Shown here in pieces: positions 53,446-64,000 of a stretch of 64,000 bases of DNA. The stretch spans positions 8,620,001-8,684,000 of the forward strand of contig CM052817.1 of assembly GCA_028534125.1 (NCBI GenBank), written 5' to 3'. A program made the translations under genes and the position numbers. How positions within the stretch are numbered: the first letter of the stretch is position 1; each line of letters starts with the position of its first letter. The DNA is from Lama glama. Lineage: Eukaryota. Below the pieces are notes generated by a model. That model did no database searches and was not told the DNA's origin. It saw only the letters and a program-made list of their open reading frames with translations.

Positions 53446-53879
53446 CCATAGAAGTATTCTTTGTTATTCCTCTGAGAAGTCAACTTCCCTTATTTATTTT
53501 ATATTCCTGTTCACACTAGATATGTGATTCCCACTCAGATCTAAACCACCTCCTCTTTTGCAAATTAGTGAGTATAGGACTTGAGCATTCAAAACACTCC
53601 AAGAAACACAAAAGCAGAACTTTTTACCTACTTTGTTCATTACTCTGCCCTCACTGCCAAGAATATTTTCTGGAAATTAGTAACTGCTCAATTACTGTCT
53701 GTTGAATGAATGAATGAATGAATGACTCACTCATATTTAGTTAAGCATAAAGTTGAGATTTGACCCCATGTTTCTGATTTCCAACTTAGCTTGATTGCCA
53801 CCTCACCAACATAGTAAACACTGTTGATTATCTGCCTCATACACACGTAGTCCAACTGAGTGTACACCCCTAAGACAAT

Positions 53880-54150
53880 ATCTAGCATGCCCTCAGTTTC
53901 CCACCTGAAGCATTCATTTTTTTCTCTCTTCTTCGCCTGATGGTTTTCTTTTGTGGATATGAGGGCACAGCCAGAGTGCACAGCCCCAGGAAGGCCCCAG
54001 GGACAACCGTCAAGTAACGGGGCAAAGGGGGCCAGTGAATAAGTGCTCTGGCCTTTCCACCTTCTGGTGAAGCAGTTCTAAAGTGTGTTTCGTGTGGTGG
54101 CTCAGAGAACCCCAGGGGAGAACTGAACCCAGTTTTCCACAATAGTGAGG
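53880..54150 (+). mobile_element. LTR16A/B-like (ERV-L) LTR fragment
   Basis: ccccagggacaaccgtcaagtaacgg...gtgaataagtgctctggc...gaaccccaggggagaactgaacccagttttccacaatagtg. Confidence 0.5.
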
Positions 54151-55534
54151 TGTCTAGAGAAGTTTTAAGGAAACTTACTTAAGCTAACACGCTTGTGCCT
54201 TATCCTTGTGACTTCTGTGATCGCAACTTTCCACAGTGGAAAGGCATAGCTGTTCCAAAATCTTTATATGCATTTATGCCTCACAAGCCCTTGTGAAGCA
54301 AGTGCTATTATTCTTAATCTAGAGGTGAGGAAGCTGAAGCTCAGAGAAGTTAACTAGTTTATCCAGAATATACCTGAAGGTAGTATTGGGGGCCAAGATT
54401 CCCACCTAGCTCTGTCAAAACAGAGTTGCCATATGCTTTCAGCAAATATAAAGTGGTACATTATTGCATTTCTGGGCTAAGGTGGTCAGAAGAGCTAAAT
54501 TAAATTCTTGATTCAATAGTTGATTTAAGAGTCTCAATTTCATCCAGTTCATTAGCAAGTATCTTATTTTTCAGCATTCTGGTGCTTGTACTAAAAAATG
54601 ATTTGTATCCTATAAATCACTGCTTCTTGTCTTTTCACCATTCCGCTTAAGTTCTTAAGGGGCAAGATGATGGAAAATGAAAAAAAAATAGGGAAAAAAG
54701 AAATAGAGAAAGATAAAATCAAGTCTTTTAACAGTTTCAAACCTCAAAGCTATTTTGAAGATAAATGACATTCTGAAGGGATAAAGTTAATCTTGAACTT
54801 AAGACAAGCCCCTGGCTGGGTTTCCTGCTTGTCTTACTAATTTGATTTTGGCCTGGCAGTATTTTGTGCCATCAGACATGTTTTCAAATCTGTGATCATA
54901 TACTGGCATTAAGCACGTGTGCCCTATTTTTTGTTCTGGAGTAATAGTAAAAAAAATTGAAGAAAATATTAACACAATGACTAGGGGCCTCCCTGTAGAA
55001 GAATCAGAAGTGATCAAAGAGGGAGAAGATAAGTGGGAAACTGGAGGAGAATTTTCTCCAGGGGAAGATGTGAGACCCCTGGGGTCTGTGTAAATGATAC
55101 AGGGATTGTTACGAAGGCTGGATTTCAGCCCTGTTAATGCTTGACTCCATCATGTTACTCATATCAACAGTCCTTTGGATTAGGAAGTAGGTGAGACCTG
55201 GGGAAAAGCAGGTTCCATTAATCACTTTCATTCCACAGATACCAAGCATGCAACTCAACGACTTTCAACAAATACATCCATGCAGCCAACATCCAGATCA
55301 AGATTAAGAACATACCAGTACTCCAGAATGTTCTCTTGTGACCCTTTTCCACTCAATTCTTGAAAGTCTTAGCCTTCTAGAAAAGGGGGAAGGGAGTAAA
55401 TTTGCCTTGGGAAACCTGTTAGTATCATATATTGTTGGATTAACTTTAAGCTTTCATTGGGTTTTGTTTCCTTCCACTTTATTTCTCTAAAGATCTTTCT
55501 GTAGAATAAATATTATAACATCCACTTTGATCTT

Positions 55535-56150
55535 CTGGTAAGCAGAATTAGAAGATATCCCATAAGATTTCCTGATCCTGGTGTAACATGCCCTGCATAA
55601 TCCCCAGGACTGTGAATATGATGAATTTTATTCCTGGTATTACGTTAAATTATATGGCACAGTTGACCTTAATATATGAAGATTATCTGGGTGGGCCTGA
55701 CCTAATCCCATTGGCCTTTTGAAAATAGAAGATTTCCTCTGGCTGCTCACAGAAGAGGAAGTCAGAGAGATTCAAAACTTGAGAGGGGTTTAATGTGAGT
55801 GACATTCCCCACTGCAGAGATGGAAGGGGCTGCATGGTCAGGACCGGAGAGCAGCCTAGAAGCAAAGGTGGCCCCCAGCTGACAGGCAACCTGGATGTTT
55901 GCACTTCAGGTCACCTGGGAGGGACTGAATTCTGCTAAGAACAAAAGTGAGCTTGGAAGTAGATTTTCCCCAAGAGCCTTCAGATAAGAACTCAGACTGA
56001 CACTTTGATTTCATCCTGTAATACCTTGAACAGGGAACCCAGCCACGTTACGAGAAAGTCCTAACCTACAGAATTGTGTGCTAATAAGTAGGTATTGTCC
56101 GAAGTCACCAAACTGTGGTAATTTGTTGTGCAGTTACAGAAAACGAATAC
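55535..56150 (+). mobile_element. MLT1E-like MaLR solo LTR
   Basis: tggtaagcagaatt...ataatccccaggactgtgaatatgatg...gattatctgggtgggcctgacctaatc...ggtaatttgttgtgcagttacagaaaacgaatac. Confidence 0.85.
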
Positions 56151-57524
56151 CACATTATACTTAATATATGAGTATACTATAGATGTGTTATCTACAAGAA
56201 CTCAGATACTCTTAATTACATATTATCTCTTATTCCTGGACTTGGTTGAGTCAGAGTGAGAGGGTACTGCAAATTTGCATAGCCAAGAGCGTGAGTATAG
56301 ATGGCAGTGGGTGAAGAATTTGGGATGATTTGCAACCCACCAAACATAGAAAGCACAGTTTTAAGAACTTAGTATGTATTTGTCTTATCTCAGAACTTAG
56401 GATGCTGCTTGGCCCAAAATAGGAAATATTTATTGAGTCATTTTGATTTTATTAACATAATAACATATGTTTTAGGGTCTCCTCAACTTCTATTTTCTTA
56501 AAAAAATCACTAACGTCTTAAATAATCAAGAGTTGATTGTACTTTTTATGTATTTTATTGTACTTTTATTGTACTTTTAATATGATTTTTATGAACACTC
56601 ATCTTATTTTTATCATATATTTGCTCTCTAGATTGCTGGAACAACCACCATTCTGCTGTTCGTGTGGCTAAAAGAACTTCACTCCTTATATGATGAATGA
56701 AAAGTAATCTCAGAGATATCAGAAAAAAGAGAAGAAAAAAACATTTATGTCATTAACTGATCTGGAAATCTATGACTTTCTTGATTTAAAAAGTGAGGTT
56801 CAAAATGAGGTGTTTTCTAGGACTAAAATTTTCTCAAGAACCTCTCAAATAATAGTACATTTTGATATGCATGATCTCATTTAATAAAATGTGAAGAGTT
56901 GAAATTACGACCTACATTTTAAAGAGGAAGAAACTAGTACACTAAGAGGTAAGGCTGTTTGTCCAAGTGAGAGGCAAGGGTAGAACTCAAAGGGGTTCTG
57001 AGCTTTTCCTAGGGCATAGGGTTACCATTGTTATCGAAACTATTTCTCACATCCCATTGAGGTTAGACCATCTCTCCATGAAAGCTCAACACAAGACAAG
57101 GGCACAACATTTCAAAAGTTCAGAGCGAACTCCAGGATATGCTTGTTGCCTGCAGGAGACAGAGATATTCATTTGTGAAAGATAAAATGTGCTACCAAGG
57201 GTCAGTATTAGCCTCTAAGTTTGAGTTTAACATTCCTTAAAAATGTGTTTTAAGTTGAGGGTCTAGGCAAGGAAAAAGGAATGTGAAGCTACTCTGTAAA
57301 ACCCTTTTATTATTTTTATTCTGATTTTGAACTGTATTCTCTTTAGCCAGCTTTAAAAATGTATTGACCTAAAGTGAAGTAATTGAATTTTTAGAATGCC
57401 CCCTAGTTCACTTATTCGACAAAAATTTATCATGCACCAAGTAAAGGCTGAACATATCTTTGGGTGATAAAAACAGAAAATTAATAAGATGAGACCCTTG
57501 TATTAATAAAATATGTGACAGTAC

Positions 57525-57780
57525 TATTAATAATGGCTGACATTTATTTAATATTTATTGTATGCCCACTTCAGTTTAAATTGTTTACTTGTATCTATTC
57601 ATTTAAACTTTACAGTCTTTACAGTCCAATGAGATAGGTATTATAATTATCCACATTTTATACATAAAAAAGCGGGGTACAGAGAAGTTAAGTGACTTTC
57701 CAAATTTCACTAAGTCAGTGAGTTGGAGAGCTGCAGTCCTGGTTCCTGAGCCTGTGCCTAACTGCTATAAAATATTGCTC
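57525..57780 (-). mobile_element. MIR SINE
   Basis: ataatggctgacattta...caatgagataggtattataattatccacatttta...acagagaagttaagtgactttcca. Confidence 0.7.
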
Positions 57781-58814
57781 AGCACACTGCAAAGGCTTGA
57801 GAATATTACCCCATGAGAGTGACAATTGACTACAATTATTAGGGAGGCCTCAGTTACTAATGTAACAAGAGACATTCTCAACCTTCATATTTTTCCTCTA
57901 TTTAATGACACGAAACAGACGGTTGCCAGTTACCAAATCGTGTGTTCTCTCTTATTCTCCCCTTGTATGTCTCATTTCCTTTTTTAAGAGCTTCTCTTAA
58001 TTACTTCGATAAAAGAACCACTCTCCTATTAATTTCATGGAATGGTTGCATGTTTGGGATCGAGATTTCCAGTCACTTTTTCAAAGTCCATCTTGAGTTC
58101 TGATTATTCACCAAAGGGAATTGATGTATTTATGGTATACATTTAAGCCAAGGTACCAGGATGGCAAATGGTGCCTTTCAAGAGCTACTGTGGCCTGTGC
58201 TTCTAAGGATTTTCCACAGTTCACAGAAAGCTGGTGATGGAATTGCTCAGTGGAAGCAGCTCTTTTAATTATTGGAGGATTTGCATTAATGGCATGACTG
58301 TCCAGCTGTCGAGAAAAAGTACACTCTTCTGTGTTCCTTCTCAGTGCCCTTGGACCAGCTCTAGAACTAAGCTCCTCAGCCCAGAGTGGCACATTACACA
58401 TGCACCATCACTCCCACCACTGCACCGTTGCTTAGCAACAGCAGTACTTGTTCCACTTGCAAGATGGGAAGGAGACAAATGGATGACCAGGAAAACCCCC
58501 AGCCTTGTAACTTCTCATACCACTGCGGAAAAGCACAAAGTGAGTGCTCAGCCTTAACGCTATCTCAAAATTGCAGCCTGAAGATACTTTTGTTACAAGA
58601 AAGGAACTATTAGTATCCACCACACTTGAAATAAGGGGTCCCTTTATCTCTTACAGCCTCAATGGTTCAAGCAGTACTCTTTATTTATAAACCTGATTGT
58701 GTTGTTAACTACTAGGGAGATACTAGTGGTAAATACTCTGATAGTTAAGGTGCAGGTAAATTGATGTAGAGAAATCAATCAGTCATGCAAACTTTATTGA
58801 GAACTTATTAGGAA

Positions 58815-59045
58815 CACTAATTGCTATCATTTGATGAGTACTTTCTATGTGTGCAGCTTCACGCTAAGTACTCTATACATCACCACGTTTAATGCTTACA
58901 ACACTCTTGTGAGATAGAATCTATTATTCTTGCCTTAGGGATGAGGAAATTACTGGCCCAACAGGTCAAATAAATTGTTCAGTGTCATGCGGAGTGTCAG
59001 ATTTGAACCTAGGGCTGTTTAACTTTAAATTCTTTTAACCTCTAA
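58815..59045 (-). mobile_element. MIR SINE
   Basis: cttacaacactcttgtgagatagaatctattatt...gatgaggaaatt...gatttgaacctagggctg. Confidence 0.6.
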
Positions 59046-59340
59046 GATCATTTGTCTACTCCACTTGCTACCCAATCCGAGTGCCAGTCTCTGCGATATT
59101 TTACAATGGCAGTCATTCTAAAAGTTCTTACATGGCACCATACAACTGACTGACTGAAGCTGTCTGTTTTACTAATTCCATTCCTCTCCTTTAATTCTTT
59201 TATATTTTCTTTGATTGTTTGGAAGTCAGGAAGACCTGGGATCAAACATGGACTCTACAACTCACAAGTTTATAAACATTGGTGAATGAGGTTGTATCGT
59301 CCATAATTATCAGCTCATAATTATTTTATCAGGCAAGTAC

Positions 59341-59835
59341 TGTGACGAGTCTGAGATTTTTTTTTTTTCATTTGCAGGATGACAAGTGAATCTACTGTAC
59401 ATAGATGCCAGTGGGAGACACAAGACTCCTGGGTCAGAGGTAAAGGCCTTAATTATTCAAGGCTCAGTAAACAGCATGAGCTTCATGCTCATATTGGCTT
59501 GTGTCATCCCCAAGGACCATGGGGTGATACAGAGTGGGCCAAATGGATGCTATGTACTCAACTGGCCTGCATCACAGCTGAGAAATGTTAAGCTTAGAAA
59601 ATTTCAGTCTTTTAAAGGGGTCTACTGGAAAGTGTACCCAACATTTGCCCCATAGGGAGACGTTGTCTTTATTATACTGGCCAGGAAACAAATTTTCCCT
59701 CTGCCCTGGGAAAGACACTATCCTTATCTTTTAAGTATGTTGCTATATAAACATCCTTAAAAAGCTAATCCAGAATGATGGCTGACATAAGATGTGCAGA
59801 AATGTGAGAGATCCATAGAGAATTCTCTCCCAACA
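59341..59835 (-). mobile_element. LTR40-family (ERV-L) solo LTR
   Basis: tgtgacgagtctgagatttt...gacacaagactcctgggtcagagg...aagatgtgcagaaatgtgagagatccatagagaattctctcccaaca (reverse complement of the LTR40 start tgttgggaga...). Confidence 0.8.
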
Positions 59836-60269
59836 GGAGTATCAAATAATCAAAAAGATGTTATGAGAAAATTGCCCGCAATAGTATCTTCCACGGAGAA
59901 GAAATCTAGTATGTGTTTCTTGAATGAATGAATGAATGAAGGGTTGACTGATGTTAAGATCCAAATGAGTGAGAGGCTGGAAACAGAAAAATAGGAAAAG
60001 CTTGAACCTGATTATCAAAAAAAAATCTTGATTTTATAATTGGTTCCACAGTTTTTTATAGGTGGGATTTTGAATATATTACAAAGTTTCTATGAGTCTC
60101 ATATTTTTCATCTGTAAAATGAAAATTGTAACAAACACTTCAGAGTTATAATAATTACATGAGACTATATACACACATGTATGCATATATGATGCACATA
60201 TTGTGTATGCATATGCACATACATGCATAATATGTATTACCTGTTATATAGCTGGCAAACAATGTATTA

Positions 60270-60780
60270 TTATGGACTCTTGTTTTCATATAATGGAAAC
60301 CAATCTGAGCAGACTTAAGCAGGGGAGGAAGCTCAGGGATGTCTCATAGAACTCAAAGGAAAACTTGCTTCCAGTTCCCAGGAAAGATGGGAAAGAGAGA
60401 CTAGAAGAATATAGGAATCCTTTCTGCTTCTTATTACTATTGTTTTTATTTATTTATTTATTTTTTAGTATGTCTAATTCCTTCTTTTTTTCCTATTTAT
60501 GAAGATTATCTTTTTCTGTGTCTGGTATACATGGCAGAATGTAGCCATCCCACCCCATGAGATAAGATATGTTTGGGCTCAGCCAGATAGAAAGACATTT
60601 TGGTTCTAATTCCAATTTAGGCAGTGTGGAGAGAGCTTTTCATTCATTGGGTTAGATGTTCACCTTGGATCAGTCTACTATGGCCCAGGGCAGGCAGAAG
60701 ATGTCATACATAGAAAACCTACCTCCATGAGCCCACCCCTGTGGCAGAGGGATGGGCAGTATGCAGCTCCTTGAGAAGAG
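60270..60780 (-). mobile_element. Old MaLR (MLT1K-like) fragment
   Basis: ggaaaccaatctgagcagacttaagc ... ttgggttagatgttcaccttggatcagtctactatggcccagggcagg. Confidence 0.4.
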
Positions 60781-61002
60781 GGGTAGGTGATAACTCCAGT
60801 GTAAAGTTATTACCTTTATTATTATACATACTTTGAGAAGGATTTCTGTCACTTACAAACCAAAGAGTCTTGACCAACATGCTACACAATTAACAGGGAA
60901 AGTAGGGTTGGTATGTGTGTGATGGCTGGAGAATCATCTTTTGCAAAGAGAGAATGATCTGTGTAGAGGTATATCTAGGGGGGAGCAGAAACAAACACAT
61001 CA

Positions 61003-61317
61003 ACAACAACAACAACAAAAAACCAAAGCGTAAATACAAAACAGAAATAGACTCATACACATAGAATACAAACTTGTGGTTGCCAAGGGGGCGGAGGGTG
61101 GGAAGGGATAGATGGGATTTCAATATTGTAGAATAGATAAACAAGATTATACTGTAGAGCACAGGGAAATATATACAAGATCTTATGGTAGCTCACAGAG
61201 AAAAAAATGTGACAATGAATATATATATGTTCATGTATAACTGAAAAATTGTGCTGAACACTGGAATTTGACACAACATTGTAAAATGATTATAAATCAA
61301 CAAAAAATGTTAAAAAA
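61003..61317 (+). mobile_element. Young short L1 3'UTR insertion with perfect 16-bp TSD
   Basis: TSD AGAAACAAACACATCA at 60987-61002 and 61318-61333. L1 3' text acaaacttgtggttgccaaggggg...gcacagggaaatatatacaagatc...ttgacacaacattgtaaa. Confidence 0.92.
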
Positions 61318-61439
61318 AGAAACAAACACATCATCAATGAGTCATTACTTTTCATATATTGAAACAAAGACAGTAATCAAAATTCGCACGTTTTTATAAG
61401 TTCTCTCTCATTGATGGTGGAACCTGGTTATGTTTCTAA

Positions 61440-62000
61440 GTCTTTGTGAAGGGCAGGCAGTGAGGGAGTTGGTTGGATTGGGAGGAAAGAATTAAGGCAG
61501 GAGAAATGAGCAGGGGGACCAGAGGATGCAGGCAACTGTAGAATATGTTTCAACTTGATCTAAGAGCAATTAGAAACCATTCAATGGCTTTAAGCAGCCA
61601 TGATCACATGCAAACTTCAGAAATGATGTCTGGGCTACAGTGTAGAGAAGAGTTGAAAGGGGGAAAGACAGGAGACATGAAAGCCAGTTAGGAATTATTA
61701 TGGGTAGAGGTAATGGTACCAACATGGCAGCAACTAGGAGAGGAGGGGTGAAAGGTAGTTTCAACATGGCTGGGTCATTGATTGGATATGAAGGAAAAGG
61801 GGCAAAGAAGGAGATAAGGATGATGCCTGGTGTCAATCTCTAGTAATTTACAAATACAAAAGCACATTCCCTATGATGAGAGTCCAGCAGGAGGAGGTCT
61901 GAGGGGATTACAACATTCAAGTAAAGAGGACCAGTTAGCAAGTTTAAATCTCAGAGATGCTTATTAACATGCGTAAAGTGAAGATCAGGACACATAAAGC
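61440..62000 (-). mobile_element. L2 fragment, antisense
   Basis: gaaaccattcaatggctttaagcag...gatgtctgggctacagtgtagagaa...gataaggatgatgcctgg. Confidence 0.5.
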
Positions 62001-64000
62001 GCGTAAGTGTAAGAAAGCTGAGGAGGAAAAGTCAAAAAAGTAAGAATGGGACTGGAACTTCATATAGAACTATGAAGACAGTACCAAAATTTGAGACTGA
62101 TTTGAATCTGATTTCTGTTGCTTTGTAACTGCAAGAACTCCTCTGAAAATTCAAACTCAGCACTGCAGCTAAGGTGCAGGACTTCAGCATAAGTAAACAC
62201 GCGACCGGCACTAACTCTGGGGACTCCGCTTGGCAAGCCTTGATGTTTGCCTCTGGGGGACGCTGACGTCTGAGACCTGGATATATTACCATAGGCCTTT
62301 CTACATATCTACTTATTATTTTCAACACCCCAGTGAGCTATTTTATCTTGTTTTATTGAGTTTCTTTTTGTTTTATATCTTCAGTGGGCAGGACAGAGCA
62401 TTCTAAGTTCCCTGCCCCATCTTGCTTTTTTGGACGGTGCTTCCACCTTCCTCGTGCTGGTCTGGGTCTGCTATTTGGCCAAAAGAATGCAATAAATTCA
62501 ATAATGCTATATGCTAGTCTTGTTCAGAGATTACATGGTCTTTATCTTTTTAAATGTATCCTAGAGTAGACTGCACTGTGCCCAAAGCTGCAAGAGCATT
62601 GCTACCAGAAGTACAACAGGAGTTCACAGAGAGGGCTGAGAGTGATCCAGTGGAAACGTCTACCTTATGGGTGTAAAAGGTTCCACAGCTACAGTCCCAC
62701 AACCCAGAAGAATGCTGCAGAAGCCAAGACCTAGTCAAAGTTTTCTGGAACATCTACATTTCTGGGTAAATTCGCAGGAAGCTCAATTAATCTGTAATAG
62801 TTTAAAAAGCAAATATGGTAAAATAATAGAACAAAAGAATTCCTCTTGAGGCAGCATGATTTTTATAAAAATTCACTGGGGTTAAGAATGAAGCTGCAGC
62901 TGGATGCCTCGCAAGGTCATGAAATAGCCTTGCAGTATTATCTCTGGAATCCAGTGTTTACTCATTTTTCAAAAAAAGAAAAAAAAAGGAAAGAAAAAGC
63001 ACACACAATAGCTGCACTAAAATTTCATAGGCTTTATGCAAGTAAAAGAATAAAGCTTTAGAATATGATTACTTTGTTGTTTTGCAGGTGTGTGATCCTG
63101 GGCAAATTATTCAAAGAATTTATTTTTCTGTACCTTTATAATCAAGATATAATACATACCTTATATTGATTCCTATTAACTACATAGAGAAGTGTCAGGA
63201 ATATAATAGTAAAGGCTTAATAAATGTTAGCTATAAACACTATCATCTTTCCATTGTAAATGAGGAAACAGAAATTTAAAGCATTTACGAAATGTTTTAA
63301 GGTCTCACATGTAGGAAATAGAAATGTTAGAATTTAATCTCAGACCCATCAGGCGCCTTTTCCTCCAACACTATGCAAACAATCTCTAGAATTCATTCAG
63401 GGCAGGCCAGGTGATGCCCAGGCAACAGCTTACTTGCCTCCAGTAGATCATGGGTATTTAGAGGTTCCCCTGCTAACCCCTGTCCAAATTGTTCTCCTAG
63501 GGACTTTTATTTATCTAGGGTTCATCAAGTATAGAAAAAATGCATGATATTAATTAACAGCAATTATAAATTCAGTTCAGAGGCATCAAGGTGGAAACTG
63601 TATTTGTCAGCTAAAGGAAAAGTGGTCTGAACACTGGCATAGGCTTCCATGCATGGGCAATAGAATGGAAATTAATAATCACCTACCACATAGGTCATTT
63701 ACTCAAAAAAACCCCTAGGTAGTCGTTTGGACCAAGTATACAGAAAATATTAAGCTGGCCCCTAATCTGATGGTGATGATTATTCATGATGCAAAAGAAA
63801 AGGGTAATTCTTGAAGTAAATTTCCATCTATGCTGGAAAAAGGGGAAAATGTCACACATTCAAGTGAGTTCAGAATTTAAGGGAGATCTTTGGTCAAAGG
63901 GAGAAAACCAGATTCGATCCTTTAATTAAGCTTAACTTCTTTATGCATTATATCTAAGCAGCGTGGTTTGGTGGAAAGAGTTATCAATCAAGATGGTATG

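Noticed and set aside
1..64000. A novel multi-gene biological system
   Set aside because: No intact coding gene, operon-like structure or RNA gene is supported. The recognisable content is mammalian interspersed and simple repeats.

Overview
This is AT-rich, CpG-poor mammalian (eutherian) genomic DNA, intergenic or deep-intronic, with no recognisable protein-coding gene, RNA gene or CRISPR array. The only ORF-track peptides I recognise are decayed transposon relics: the L1 ORF2p C-terminus and Tigger1 transposase. A decayed ERV-L pol region is recognisable at nucleotide level. The window is a layered repeat landscape. It holds old MIR/L2 fragments, DNA transposons (near full-length Tigger1, MER33, MER20, MER63, MER2), MaLR/ERVL/ERV1 solo LTRs and an ERV-L internal remnant in two opposite orientations. 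It also holds five younger cetartiodactyl-type L1 3' insertions with readable target-site duplications. I saw no Alu, B1/B2, SINEC, Bov-tA/Bov-A2 or PRE-1 SINEs, which points tentatively to a camelid genome (inference). A 500-N gap is flanked by an exact 75-bp duplication and is probably an assembly artefact. I found no convincing novel biological system. The best leads are rearranged or nested element structures, a fold-back microsatellite, and a few candidate non-coding exons and regulatory motifs. Repeat family names come from my recollection of consensus sequences, not a database search, and boundaries without TSDs are approximate.
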